A DNA stretch of 64,000 nt from Blepharisma stoltei ATCC 30299 (Eukaryota > Protista > Ciliophora): positions 434,001 through 498,000 of the forward strand of contig CBFDEM010000023.1 of NCBI GenBank assembly GCA_965603825.1, read 5' to 3'. The translations under genes were made by a program, and so were the position numbers. Below, piece after piece: positions 1 to 13,900 of the stretch. The first letter of the stretch is position 1, and the number at the start of each line of letters is the position of its first letter. Below the pieces are notes generated by a model. It saw nothing but the letters and a program-made list of their open reading frames with translations, was not told where the DNA came from and did no database searches.

Positions 1-1
1 C

Positions 2-1537
2 CTGATAAGAGATGCTCGATATAGAAAAGAAAGCTATGAAACCAGAGAAAAAATAGCAAAGCTTCAAGAAGAGTCAGAAATGTCGATTCAGACTGCGAAA
101 TTACTTGATAAGAAAAAGGCGGAAGAGTTGATTAAAAGGTTGAATGAAGCTGCAAAAATCAGAGAAGAAAAATTAAAGGTGAAAAGAGAACAAAAGGAAG
201 AAAATGAAATCAGTGAAGCAGTTAGGATGGCAAATAGATTGCATCCTAAACGAGAATTAGACCAAAAAGTAATGGAAAGGCTGACAAGAAATAAAGAATC
301 AAGAGTCGAAGAGGGCTCAAGTAATGCAGGATATAAAAAAGTGCTTAGTATAGAAGAAGCAATGGCTTCTGGAGAAAGATTGACAAGTGCAAGATCAAGC
401 AAGCCGCCAAGAGCAGAAATTTCAAGCCAAAAGAAAAAGTTGAAGAAAGTAAATAGTGGAGAATTGGAGAGTATCTGCCAAAGATTATACAGCAGTAGAT
501 CTTATACACCTTCAAACAGGTCACAAATCGATAAGCCTAGTCCATCAATTTTCCAAAAAAATAAAAAGCAGCTATTATTAATACCAAGAAAGTCATATTA
601 TAAATCCAAGTCTAAGTCTCCAACTCGGTCTATTAATATTGAGCAATCAAAATGTTCAGGTGAACTTCAAATTATGTCAGAAACTAGCCCTGAAAATGCA
701 ATTCCAAAAGCTGAGCTGCTAAATGCTGCAAATGGATACTTTGATGTCAAGGAAAAGCCATCTATCAAGCAAAAAATCAATTTACTAGTGCCTTCTTCAA
801 GTAGTCAACACTTCATGAATCAAAGAAGTCCTGAAAGAGGCAGACAAAAAGAAAAAATTCCTCCTTCTATCAAAGATGAAAGAACACCGAGTCCAATAAA
901 AAATCCTCCGATCCCAATTTCTTATTCTAAGCTTGACCTCAATTTGCCTTCAGCATCTTCAATTGCCAGTCCTTCATGCATGAATTTCAGGCTGCAGCCT
1001 AAAACTTCTAGAGTTTCTGATCTATATGATCTTTTTCAACAAGAGAATAGTGGAAAAGATTCATCAAGCCATAAAAAACAGCAATTAGCTGCTACTGATG
1101 AGCCACTATCTGGAAGAAATACTCAAACTTCTTTAATTTCGCTTGATTTGCATGGGGTTAGTTTGGAAAATGAAAGAAAAGATCAAAAAGTCGAGAAGAA
1201 ATTGGATAATGGAAACTGGAACTTCTCAAATATCGTTAAGTCAGAGCTTGGAATAATCGCTGGGATTGAAAAATCAGATGAAGAAAAATCAAAAATTGGG
1301 TCTGCCAGAAAGGGAGCTTCATTAGATCCTGGTAAATTAAGTCCAAGAATATGTTCGCAAAAATTTTCAGAAGAATCATTGTACTTGATGAAAAACCCTC
1401 TTAAAATTGGCACACAAAAATGCTCACCAAAAAAATTCGACAAGAAAAATGCGATGAACGACTATCGTTTTGTTATTGGAATGAAAGAAAATGGTGAATT
1501 TATTTATGATGAACCTGTAAATTCGAAAAATAATTAA
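2..1537 (+). CDS. Hypothetical low-complexity Ser/Lys-rich protein, 5'-partial
   Basis: The frame is open from nt 2 (CTG ATA AGA GAT...) through the ATG at 80 to TAA at 1535-1537. N-terminal coiled coil followed by a disordered-looking region; no recognised domain. Confidence 0.75.
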   Translation: MIRDARYRKESYETREKIAKLQEESEMSIQTAKLLDKKKAEELIKRLNEAAKIREEKLKVKREQKEENEISEAVRMANRLHPKRELDQKVMERLTRNKESRVEEGSSNAGYKKVLSIEEAMASGERLTSARSSKPPRAEISSQKKKLKKVNSGELESICQRLYSSRSYTPSNRSQIDKPSPSIFQKNKKQLLLIPRKSYYKSKSKSPTRSINIEQSKCSGELQIMSETSPENAIPKAELLNAANGYFDVKEKPSIKQKINLLVPSSSSQHFMNQRSPERGRQKEKIPPSIKDERTPSPIKNPPIPISYSKLDLNLPSASSIASPSCMNFRLQPKTSRVSDLYDLFQQENSGKDSSSHKKQQLAATDEPLSGRNTQTSLISLDLHGVSLENERKDQKVEKKLDNGNWNFSNIVKSELGIIAGIEKSDEEKSKIGSARKGASLDPGKLSPRICSQKFSEESLYLMKNPLKIGTQKCSPKKFDKKNAMNDYRFVIGMKENGEFIYDEPVNSKNN

Positions 1538-2395
1538 TTAAATTTCTATCTAAAAAGAAAGCTATTAGGTAAAATAGCTAATTTTTTATGTGCTTATTTG
1601 TGTAGAAAAATTTAAATACTAAGACTCTGCTTTCAGAGACTTAAACTGATATATAACTTTTATTGAAATTTCAATACATAGAAAAATAATAAGACAACCT
1701 ATATAAGAAACAACAAATCAATATTGATATTTTATATTTTAATCTAACTGAATTTTTATTAAGTATAGTTGAAAAATTAATAGCCTTCCATTAGAGATAT
1801 ATTTTCTTTAGAAATACTGGAAATTACAAAATTATTGGGTTTATAAAAATTATAATAATTATTTCAGAAGCATTTGAAGATCCTTACTTTAATCTAGTGA
1901 TTAGATATAAAAAATTGATATAATTAGCTTTAGTTTTAGAAAAACTGATATTGTTTTAAAATGCAAATATGAGATAACTAAAAATATGGATGATTAATAG
2001 CTTCCATATGCACTTTGATCAAAAATAATTCAAATTTTAATTTCTTTTAGCCTTATATAATTTTAATGCTTAATCTGGCCCTTAAACTTTCAGAACAAAT
2101 TTATATTTACTATTGATTCCAGCTACCATGGTCTTTTAATTTTTTCAAATTTTTGATTGTACAGTAAACTCTCTACTAAGAATTATTATAAATTCAATTC
2201 CTAAAAATTTACAAGCCAATAAATTAATTTACGCTATGAAGCCATTAACTTAAGTTTACCAATCCTTCCTTTCAAAGTTTTTCTTATTAATATGGTGAAT
2301 TAAACTATAATTATAAATTCTTAGAACTATGCCCTAATACATATTTGTAAAGAGAAACTTTTCAATTCCTGAATGGCTAATAATTTAATAATCCA

Positions 2396-2830
2396 ATGAA
2401 GAAAGATGCAGCGAACTATAAGTTTAAATGCTACTATACAAACTGCGACAAGGCTTATTTAACGAAATATCACCTCCGTCGCCACATAAATGCTGCGCAC
2501 TTACAAATAAAGAGTTTCGTTTGCTCTCAATGTTCAAAAGCTTTCTCCAGCAAGCAGAACTTCAAAGAGCACGAACTTCTCCATGCAGCAAATAAAAATT
2601 CTCCAAGCAGGCCTGAAATCTTTAAGCCAGTAATCCCAGCAAGTCAAAATAAGGCCACCTCTTTAGTCGCTATGCTTATCAACATAACTTACCAACAAGA
2701 GGAAGCTACCAAGCCGATGAAATCTAATGCGAAAAATAAACCGATGCCTGTGCTACCACCTGTAGATTTAGAAAGGCAAAGCAACTGGGGAGTGATCAAA
2801 ATACCGATCCTGCCAATTCTATTAAACTAG
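2396..2830 (+). CDS. C2H2 zinc-finger protein (2 fingers), 144 aa
   Basis: CYYTNC..YHLRRHINAAH and CSQC..FKEHELLH match the C2H2 pattern. Preceded by a long (~860 nt) AT-rich upstream region. Confidence 0.85.
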   Translation: MKKDAANYKFKCYYTNCDKAYLTKYHLRRHINAAHLQIKSFVCSQCSKAFSSKQNFKEHELLHAANKNSPSRPEIFKPVIPASQNKATSLVAMLINITYQQEEATKPMKSNAKNKPMPVLPPVDLERQSNWGVIKIPILPILLN

Positions 2831-3261
2831 AAAAATTTTAAAATATTCTTTTACTAACTTAAACTATTCGATTAATTTCGATTTTAACCATTTATTGATC
2901 TTCGAAGATTACTCAGAATTTATTTCGCATATTTTAACTTTAATTTTTAAAAATAGAGAATGATATCAAATTGTTTATCTTATAAAAGGTAGAAATATTA
3001 TACTTCTTAGATTAAAGTGTTATATTTCTAAGCAATGCTGATGCTATTGTGGGTTTAATCTAATTAGCATAGAGCTGCCTTAATTGAAAACAGAATTGAC
3101 AGTAACAATAAAAAAAAAGATTCCAAAAGTTTTTAAGCAGTTACGGATTCGCCAGATTAATTCAAAATTTCCTATTTTTAATTATTTCAATTAGTTTAAA
3201 TTGGAAAATAGAGATTGCAAAGCAGAGTGTAATGAAATTAAAAAAATAATTAAAATAATAA

Positions 3262-4632
3262 TTATTTCGCTTTTATTGGCTTTTTGCTTTTCGATTTGAA
3301 TAATCCTGGACGCTTTTGGCATTTCATACAGCTTTTATTCCTCTCTGGTCTTATATCAGGCCTTGATAAATCTGATTTTAAAATGCGGCTTTCTTGGGCA
3401 ATATGATTATGGAAAGAGTTTACAGAAGCTGACCTATTTTCATTATTTATAACAGTTGATCTTAGTTTTTCATACTTAGCTGTCATTTTCTTTACTTTTT
3501 CTTCAAGATCACTTATTTTAGACGCACTTCTTAAAATATCTATATTTATGTCATAACTTGAGATACTTGCTTTTTCATAGAAAGAACTTAATTCTTTTTC
3601 CAGCTTTTTATTTACTTTTAGTTGATAATTTAGCTGTTTTTCCAGATTCTCTATATGCTTTTCAAGCCTTTCAATTACTGCTTGATTTTGGCCTTCTAGT
3701 TTCTTATGTTCTTCGATTTCACTTGTCTCTTTATCATTATTTTTGCTAGCTTGCTCAATTGAAGTTTGTATAATTTCATAGTCTGTGCTTTGAGAATGGA
3801 TTGAAAACAAATTATTATACCTTAGTTCAAATAATGTTTTTTCTCTTGACAGTTCAAGAATTTGGTCTTTTAGCTGCATTATTTCTAGTCTGTGGCTTTC
3901 CTTCAACTCTTTAATTTGACTCTCTGGATTAACCATTTTACAAACTTTCTGATTTTCTAGAGCACCCTCTATTTCAGAAACCCCTCCATCTGTCCCACAT
4001 TTCGAAGACTCTAACTGAACATTATTCACTTTTTCTTCTCTGTAATTTTCATCAATTTTTGTTTTATTTAATAAATCAGTTAATGTTTCGATATGCTTCC
4101 TTAAATTGATTTCATTTTCTTTCATTTCTTTATTTTTCAAATTTACATATCGGAGCTCTTCATCACTTTTGAGCTTTAAATCGGTTTCTCGTTTTAAGAC
4201 TTTCATAAGTTCTGAAATTTTCAATTCATATTCTTCGTCTCCTTTCAGAGGTAGAATCTCTTTTTGGTAAGGTGAGTAGTATTGATGATCGTTTTGAGAT
4301 TTTCATGAGAGATTTTCTTCTGAAAAAGACGTCGATGAATAAGGCATGTCTTTGTTCTTTTCGTAAATAAGAGATTGATCTTGCATATGGTTTGAATGAA
4401 GGATTTGTGGACTTGATCTAGGAACAATGTCTTGCTCTCTTGGGATATATTCAAAAGACTTATCGAGCTTACTTCTTGATCTAATTTTCCTTTTTTGAGT
4501 TATATAAGCCAAATTTATGCTATCTTGTATAACTTTAGAGCTTCTTTGTAAGGTATCGTCAATTTTGATAATTTCACTATAATCGTCATCCAAAAGCCTA
4601 GTTATTAGTGTTTCAGGAGTCCGGGTAGACAT
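3262..4632 (-). CDS. Coiled-coil protein, 456 aa
   Basis: ORFs 4303-4632 and 3262-4224 share a frame and join through one TGA (EENLS-W-KSQND...) with no TAA/TAG. Heptad-rich sequence. Confidence 0.8.
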
Positions 4633-5364
4633 AAAACATTAATAAAATTAAAATTAGAATAAATATGATAATAAATTTATACTAGATACAATATTTGCTG
4701 TCATGAAAGCTGATATGATATTGAGTTACTCCTGAAGCCTCATATAATTTTAATTTGGATATATATATATTTGTTTTTAAATTTCAAATGGCACTCTAGT
4801 CGTCATAATATTATTTAATTGAGGATACAGACGCCATAAACTTATTTTTTTTGCATGCAAAGTGCCTTAAAATGTAATAGTATATTATCATTATTATATA
4901 GATGTGCAATTTTGTAAGTTGCTATAAAACAATAAATAAGTTCAATTTTCATAGTCTTCTGGAAATATCCAGCCCAATCCTAGCAGCTGACGCAATTATA
5001 AAAATAATTATGGCTTTGAGTGGTTAAATAAGAAAAAAATAAAACTTATACAAAATTTGATTACAACTAAGGGCCACCCTTGATGTACTTGGAGCAGTTT
5101 TTTGGCAAAAGTTCAGCTACTGTTGTAATGTTGCAGCTTTCTAAGTAAAATAAATATTCATAAATAAATTCTATGAGAGAGAAAGTTACAGAGCTAATTG
5201 CTCATAAACTGTATGCCATTTTTTTTATATTTCATACAAAATACACTTAGATCACTTAACTATAGACATTATTCATAATCTCTAACTAATTTACTAAATA
5301 TTGATATTTCTCTTTTTATGTAATGCTTTTGGCTTTCTTTCAAAGCTTTGACAGGCTTAAACTG

Positions 5365-5990
5365 ATGGCTGGATTTACTCACTTAGGATAAGGAGAGTCA
5401 GCAATCGCTATCTGAGTTTAGCAGCGACAATGATCTAATTCACTTGGTCTAAAAAACAATAGCACACATTTAAAGCAAATGAATATATTCAATAGCTTCA
5501 TCAAAAGAAAAAAATGCTGCATTCTTCTCACTGCTCAGCTATTTTAATCGAAAAAAATGAATTGTATTTGCCAGCACTGCTTATAGCAATTTTAAGGCTA
5601 AGCTATCATCAAATTAAATTTTATGGTTCTGGAATCTGAGACAAATATTGATAACATAGTTAACAAACCTGTATTTTGAATTACATAAAAGCTTTACTAT
5701 ATTCTTACTGGATTTGAGAAATCATGATAGTTTCAAAATTCTCTGAAAAGTAAGAAACTTTGGATAGAGGAAGTGGGATTATTTTTGATGAGGAAAGCGG
5801 ATATGGCTAAAATTCTGACGGAGCTTTGATAATTATGGAGTTCAGCCATAAGTGTGATGCTTCCCTTGAAGAAAGTCCAACACAATCAGTTTGAAGATTC
5901 ATTTCTATATTTTAGATAATACGCTATCTGAAAGTATTGAAGAAGTCCCTCACTGCTTAATTTCTATATGCTGAATAATAATAGCTCAAG
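5365..5990 (+). pseudogene. Decayed third copy of the downstream Venus-flytrap receptor genes (N-terminal module only)
   Basis: Aligns by eye with 7330-7960 and 11190-11820. Examples: CTAATTCACTTGGTCTA vs TTAATTCACTTGGTCTA; GAATCTGAGACAAATATTGAT vs GAATCTGGGACAAATATTGAC; GAGGAAAGCGGATATGGC vs CAGGAAAGTGGCTATGGA. Contains TAA/TAG stops and frameshifts. Confidence 0.8.
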
Positions 5991-7081
5991 AAGCCAATTT
6001 TCTCTCTGTGATTAGCTTATTCTTTGATACCTATATAAGAAAATCTTTGCGTTATTCCATTTACTTCAATATGCCTTGATAGTTCTTGAGATAAATTTTT
6101 ACACTAATTTATTAGTGGCAAGAAGAAACTAACACTTTCAGAATTGCCTTTTTGAACTGATGAGACCTTATTCTTGCATATATAGATTTTTTCAAATAAC
6201 TGAGAGAGGAAGTTAGTTTGTGGGATGTACAATTCGAATTCCTCGATTTAGAAGCGTAGATGGGAATGAAAATCTGGCTAGAAAAATTCAAAACTAAAGG
6301 TATCAAGAATAGCTGATAAGTCTATCGAATTTACTCTTATCTTTAGCAAATTCAGTAAGCTCTTTTCATTTTCTTCTTATAAAATTAGTTTAAAAAGTTA
6401 ATTTATTTAATATGGCTGCTGCATGATCTTTCTTTAATTTAATAGAGCGGGTGATTTTAATGTATAGAGTTAAAATATATTTTATTCTTGAAACTAGAAA
6501 ATTTGCAATAAATATACACAAATAAAATGTATAGTGCGTTGTGAGCGTTTGGAGCATCAGTTAATCTGTCTAATCTTCACAATTAGTCTGCTATTTAGCA
6601 GTTGGATAGAGTATTTATGACTGTGATGAGTAAGACAAATTTCTTGGTGTTAAAATATTTATAAAGCACTATACATTAAAAAACTTAAAAAAATTCAATT
6701 TTTTAATGTCTTTTGCTTTTATTCTGAATCATATAGCATTTATAATTCACTTAAAATAATTTTATTTGCGTGAATTTAAATCAAAAATTAATTTATTTAT
6801 AATAATTAATATTTTTTAACTTGAAAGAAGAAAAATCTATCTGCTTAAAATTAGCGAATTTTATTATTAAATTCTTCGACAACGATTATGGTAATAGCAT
6901 TTTATGAAAAATTATATGCTCATTGGCATTTATTTAATAGTTTCTTATGCTATAAATTTAATGAATTTTATATACCAACTATTTTCTACTAACTTCTGAA
7001 ATAACTTCACAACTTTTCGCAAAATATTTTTTTTAACTAACTTGCTGTTTTGATTTTTATTCCGCATCTGTAACAATAAAA

Positions 7082-10000
7082 ATGATTTCACCTCAATATC
7101 AGCTTATAATGCTACTGATATTCCTCAGCTATTTTAAAGGAGTTATTTCTTTAGAGATCATTACAGTATACCCCGAAGAAGCAGAGGAAAGCTGAAGCTC
7201 CAACTATAAACCTTTAAACATAAGCTTCTTACTTGAAAGTTTTCAAATTCTCGAGCCTTCAGCAGAAATTTATGAATGCAACATTTCAAATATTATCGAT
7301 TGCATTTCAGCTCATAAAAATGCATTAATATTGCTTGATTTATCAAATGATATTGCAATTCAGTTTTCTCTTTCTCAAGTCAGCAAAAACCATTTTTTAA
7401 TTCACTTGGTCTACCAAAAAGAAATCAAATACCTTGAGAAGTGAAGTTATTCAATTTCTTCATCCTACACAGATCAACTGAATGCATTCTTTTCAATGCT
7501 AAACTATTTTGGCTGGAAAGAAGGAGTTGTTTTTAGCAATAATATTCAATCTCAGATGAAGGAGGAAATTTATCAGTATTCGCAAGCTTTAGAATATTTA
7601 ACAATAGAATCTACCACAAATATTGATGAATTAGTAAATAAAATTGTTTACCGACTCGGTGCCAATCTTTATTATATTCTTACTGAAAATTTTGAGTCAG
7701 CGGACTTGCAATTGTGTTTAAAAAATAAAGAGCTCTTGGTCACAGGAAATGGACTCATTTTAAGTCAGGAAAGTGGCTATGGAGCAATTATTGATGGAAC
7801 TTTAATAATTACTGAAATAGGCCATGAGCTTGATAATTCATATGAAGATGTTTTGACGAAATCTGTTATAGAGATCATAACGTATATTACTAATAGAACT
7901 TCTTCTGAGAATTTTAATGAAATTTCATTATTACTAGATTCATATTTGCCCTATCATTATAAGAAAAACGAATTTTCTATTGTAAATATCCAAAACGGTG
8001 AAAGGATAATTATAGGGTCTATTATAAATGGAAATGTTACAATCTCTAGAAAAGCAAAATTTCCAGGCAAAACTGAAGCTATCCCAAAATCAATTAAAAA
8101 AATTTTGACGATAAGCATAAATGACGGAACAACAAATCCTGGAGCTTCTTCAACTCCCGTTCAGAAAACAGGGTCAATTGGAGCATATATAGCTAAAAAT
8201 AAAATTAACGAAAGCAACGATGTTTTGGCGAATTTTCAAATAAGTCTTACAAGTTTTGATTGTGGTGTGAGTATCTATAATGCTTCATTTGTAAAGTCTT
8301 GCATATCAAATGGCATTGATAGACTAGGTCTCAGCTTTCTCTCTCCTTTTGGATCGGCAGTAACTGTAGGAGTATTAAAAGCATTTGATCAACTAAAACT
8401 AAAGATGCCAACAATTGGGAGTGTAACTATGGATCCATCTTTGGCTTCTACAGACACTTATCCAATGTTTGTAAGGCTTATTGATGGCGCTATATATAGC
8501 CAAGTAATTATTGTCCTAAAAGCATTAGGATGGACAAAAGGAGCCATTATGTATGAAAATAATGGATGGGGTATACCAGCATATAAACTTGTTATAGAAA
8601 ACGCAGAAAAATCAGGATTTGAATTTATTAACCCAGAAAGCTCACGAGCAATTCCACCGTCTTTAAATAGCACAGCGATGCAAGGCTTAAAAGAAAATTT
8701 CCAAGCAGTAATAGATTGCCAAGCAAGACTATTTCTAGTGATAGTTCAGTGTCCAGCATGCAACTATGCAATAGAATTATTATATGATCTTGGGATAAGA
8801 AAAGGAGATATCATTGTTATGGCAGGAGCCCCAGAGCTTTTGAATTATTTTATACAAAATGATACAAATCTATATAAAAGATCAGAAGTTGGATACGCAG
8901 CATTAACAATTGCAAACAAGATGTTCGTAGGAGATATAGGGGCAGATACTAAAAAAAGGATTCTAGCGCAATATAATGTCCAGGGAACACCATCAATGTG
9001 CTGCTATTTTGATTCTCTTTATTTAGCTGCGAGTGCTTTGGATTATATGATTAATCGAGGACAAAATTACTCCGACTCTAGCAAAATGATAAAGGCTCTC
9101 AGAACAGTTGAAATTACAGGATGCTCAGGCAGAATAAGGATTGATAAAACCAGCAATGACAGGATATTCTATATGCATTTAATGCAAGGAATAAAAACTG
9201 ATGAAAACGGAAATCCAGCCATATATATCATAGGAGAATTAAGGCCATATAGCACAAAGATATTAACAATTACAACTCCAATAGTCTACGCAGATGGGAC
9301 AACAAACAAACCTTCTGACTTAAGAAATCAGAATGACAATTGTCCTTTTCCAACCAAAGATATCAGAACATTTGATAAAGGAAGAGGAGTTCTTTTTGCA
9401 ATTTGTTTTACTGTAGGCCTAGTTACAGCAATAACAACATTTATTATTTGAAAAAAGTGATGGAATATTTCTGTTGAGGAGCTGAAAGAAAAAGAAGAAA
9501 TTTCTTTTCAAGACTTTGTATTAGGCTTCTCGATAGCAATAGAATTTTTCCAATATACCTCTATGGGACCTGATTATTCATTTATGAGCTCATTTTTGTA
9601 TGATATTAGTAATATTCTGTCATTGAGCTTAGGTAGCGTTTTAAAGCTGGAGAATGGAGTTTTTTGGATTGTTGTTGATGGAATTTATGCAGGAATCGCT
9701 GTTTGAATCTTTCTTTGTGCAGTGGTTTTATTAAGGCTTGATGAAAAATGGCAGCATATTTGGATTTTCAGAATTTCTGGGACTGGAGCTGACTATTTGA
9801 TGCCTATTTTGGGAAATCTTTGCTTTATTCCTTTTATTTCAATATGTCTTGACATCTTTGTCTGTGATCAGTCAATTGGAGACAACTTTACTGATAGCTT
9901 CTTAGCCAAAGACTGTTATTATTTTTGCTGAAAAGATGAGCACTTAGCTTATGCCATTTTAGCATTTATAGCTCTAATTGCCTACGAGCCTTTGGCTGTA

Positions 10001-10531
10001 TTTTGCCGTCCTCTTTGGCAAGAACTACAACCAGCATTGCATGTAAAAGCTGTGCCTTTATTTTTGATGGTAAAAACAGTGGTTCAAACGGCTCTAATTG
10101 TATTAAATAAAACAGTTAAAAGATCATCAGATGTAGGCCATGGAGTTGTCTTTATTTTTATTATGATAATTTATGTTGCATTTATTTTTAGATTCAAACC
10201 TTACAACTATGCAAGATTTAGCTGATGGCAAGGATTAACTCTAGTGGGAGTTGTATGGCTTGCTATTTTATCAACAATTGAACTAGGAGTTCAAGATCAC
10301 AATATTTCAACTGTACTGCTTATTATCTTGATATTTGGCTGGATTACAATAGCTTCTATTGGATTGTACATACAACGCAAGAAATACCCAAGCTTGCTTT
10401 TCAAAAAGAAAGCAAGAGACACAAGCACATTGTTTAAATTCGCTTTTACATTTGGAAAACAATCAAAGAAATCGCTAGAAACATTTAAATCAGGCTATAA
10501 AAGTACGAAAATAATCCCGGAAAAAAGCTAA
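7082..10531 (+). CDS. Membrane receptor A: signal peptide + degenerate VFT module + ANF-receptor/Venus-flytrap (PBP type 1) domain + ~9 TM, 1149 aa
   Basis: One frame from ATG 7082 to TAA 10531 when TGA=W. GABA-B/ANF-receptor-like motifs: GSVTMDPSLASTDTYPMFVRL, LKALGWTKGAIMYE, YFDSLYLAASAL, TGCSGRIRID. Multi-pass hydrophobic C-terminal part. Confidence 0.85.
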
Positions 10532-10946
10532 ATATGATTGATAATATTTATTAAGCTTCTCATCTCACAAAATGAAATATAATTAATTTTTTATTTAATA
10601 AATACTCCATTTATTAGAGACATTAATTATGGAAATTCAATAATTTTTAAAAAATATATGCAACTTTAATATAGCCCTGGGCTATAAACCTCAACTCCTT
10701 GTTTAAATGCAACTTGTTTTGGTGATTTATAATAAAGCGCGATTCTGAAAATATAATTATGAAAATTTTTGAAATTCTTATTTCATTTTCTTTATCTTAT
10801 TCTATCACCTTTTATTTTTATGCATTTTCTATATTAAAATTATTCATATTATAATTATTTATATGAGTTTTTGATAGTAATGTGTGGAGGAGGAAAAATT
10901 TTTATATTTGTTATTATTTTAGATTTTTAGGTTTTAATAAAATAAT

Positions 10947-13900
10947 ATGCCTTGCGTTAGGTTTACCTCAATGATGGTCTTATTTGCTTCTATAAGCAGA
11001 ATTTTTACTTTAGAAATTATAATAACGTGTCCAGATCTCGAGGAAACAAATTCGGTTTCTAAGACTAAGTTTTTTGATAGAAAATCATTATTTGAAGCAA
11101 TAAGAATTATTGACCCTCCAATTGAATTTCATGAATGTAAACCATCTAGAATAGTTGAATGCATTACATCTCATCAAAATTCTTCGATTTTGCTCGATTT
11201 ATCTTTTGATTTAAATACTCAGCTTGCCCTTTCTCAATTTAGCCAAGAAAATAGCTTGGTGCATTTAATCTACCATAAACATATAAAATACTCAGACAAA
11301 TGAACTTTTTCGATTACAACATCCATGAACGATCAAATGAAAGCATTTTTTAAATTGTTAAGCTATTTTAACTGAACAGAAGGTATTGTTTTTGGTAATA
11401 CTGCCAACTATGCTATAAAAGATGAAATTTTGAGGTTTTCAAATGAACTGAAGTTTATATATATTGAATCTGGGACAAATATTGACGAACTCGTCAATAA
11501 AGTTGTTTTTAATTTAGGATCCACCCTTTATTACATTTTTACTGATCCAATCGAATCAGCAAATTTACAAAATTCTTTGAGAAATTCTCGGTTACTAGAC
11601 TCCGGGAACGGAATTTTACTAACTCAAGATAGCGGGTATGGCTCTAATTTATTAGGAGCTTTAATCATAACTGATTTCGGTCATGAATTCGACAAAAATC
11701 CAAATGAGCATTTTATTAAATGTGTAACTCATACCCTAACGTATATATCAAATAACATTTCGAGTGAAAACCCAGAAGAAATTGTACAATTAATTGAACT
11801 TTATCTACCGAATCATTATAGCAAAAATGAATTTTCTATAGTGAACATTCAAAATGGAAACAGAATAATTGTAGGCTCTATTGTTAATGAAGTCGTTACA
11901 ATTTTCAGTAATATTTCATTCCCAGGTCTGACATATTCAGTTCCTAAATCAACTAAAAAAATTTTACCCTTAAGTATAAATGGTGGAACAACTAACCCTG
12001 GAGGACCATCTGTTCCAAACCAAAAGCTAGGTGCAATTGGCTCGTATGTGGCTATGGATAAAATAAATGAAGGCAGCGATATCCTCTCAAATTTCCAACT
12101 GAGTCTACATGATTATGATTGTGGAGTAAGCATTTTTAATGAAGCATTTGCAAGAGCCTGCTACACAAAAGATATAGAAAATTTAGGTCTTGCTCATTTT
12201 ACAGCATATGGATCAGCAGTTGCTCTTGGGGCTTTGCAAATATTTAGTCAGCTAAATATAACGATACCCAATATCGGAAGCGTCAATTCAAATCCGACTT
12301 TAAGCTCTTCTACAGAGTATCCAGCTTATGTAAGGTTGCTATCATCTGCAATATACAGCCAGTCTCTAATATTATTAAAAGCAATGGGATGAACAAAAGC
12401 TGCAATATTATATGAAAATAATGGATGAGGTTTTCCAGTATATACCCAGATGCTGGCAACGGCAAAGACATTAGGTATTGAATTTGTGAATCCGGAGGAT
12501 TTACGTCCTCTTGCTACAGGTTTAAACAGCACCACAATTAGTTCATATAAAGCTTCGTTTCAAGCAGTTGTAGATTCTCAAGTAAGACTGTTTATTATAC
12601 TGATTCAGCCCCCATCATGCAATTCTGCCGCAGAATACCTCTATGACTTAGGCATAAGAAAAGGAGATCTTGTAATAATGGCAGCTGTCCCAGATACCCT
12701 TAGCTATTTTTTAATGAATGACACAAATTTATACAAAAGACTGGAAGCTGGATACACTACTTTAACAGTTTCTAATTTGATGTTTGTTGGGGATATTGGA
12801 CAAGATGCTATAAAAAGGATAGCCTCATCATATCATATGGCTGCGACTACATTTAATTGTTATTATTTCGATGCACTTTTATTAACAGCTTATGGCTTAG
12901 ATTATATGATTAATAGAGGACAAGACTATTCAAACTCGACTAAATTGATGACAGTTATTAGAGGTGTCCAGTTTAATGGCTGCACAGGAAGAGTGATTAT
13001 AGATAACGGAAGCAATGATAGAGTATTTGATGCGTACTTAGTACAAGCTATTGACGTTAATGAAAATGGAATATCAAGTATATATGATATAGGAGAGCTA
13101 AAACCATTTAGCACAACCTTGCTGTCAATCCAATCTCCTTTGGTTTACGCTGATGGGACAACAGTAAAGCCTGCAGATTATAGAAATGAGAATGACAAAT
13201 GCCCTTTTCCTAACAAAGAAGTAAGAACATTCGATAAAGGGAGAGCTGTCCTTTTCGCCATATGCTTTACAGTTGGATTAGTGACTGCAATAATAACTTT
13301 TATAATTTGGAAAAAATGGTGGAATATTTCTATTGAAGAATTGAAAGAAAAAAAGGAAATTTCTCTTCAAGATATTATTGTAGGTGCAACAATCGCGATA
13401 GAATTCTTCCAGTTCTCATCTATGGGGCCTGATTACTCATTTATGAGCTCATTTTTATATGATCTAAGCAATGCGATGTCTTTGAGCTTAGGGAGCATTT
13501 TAAAACTGGAAAACGGTGTCTTTTGGATTGTAGTTGATGGAGTGTATGCTGGAATTGTCTCATGAATTATACTTTGTGCAGTTGTTTTATTTAGACTTGA
13601 TGAAAAGTGGCAAAATATATGAATTTTTAGACTTCTAGGAACTGCAGCTGACTATTTGATGCCTATACTAGGGAATCTTTGCTTTATTCCTTTTATATCA
13701 ATATGCCTTGATATCTTTGTATGTGACCAGTCTATTGGAAACAATTTTACTGACAGCTTTTTAGCAAAAGATTGCTATTATTACTGTTGGAAAGGTGAGC
13801 ACTTAGTCTATGCTATTTTAGCCTTTATTGCATTAGTTGCATATGAACCTTTAGCGGTCTTTTGTCGTCCGCTTTGACAAGAACTGCAATCTGCATTACA

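Noticed and set aside
1538-2395. Long AT-rich intergenic stretches (also 21961-22739 and 54073-54831) as possible IESs, ncRNA genes or transposon remnants
   Set aside because: I could see no terminal inverted repeats, tRNA boxes, telomeric repeats or ORF interruptions; they are best read as regulatory or spacer DNA.
6100-6360. Coding-like patch (ORF 6112-6306 on minus; stop-interrupted ...LREEVSLWDVQFEFLDLEA... on plus)
   Set aside because: It may be another decayed gene fragment, but I cannot match it to any family or to the neighbouring receptors.
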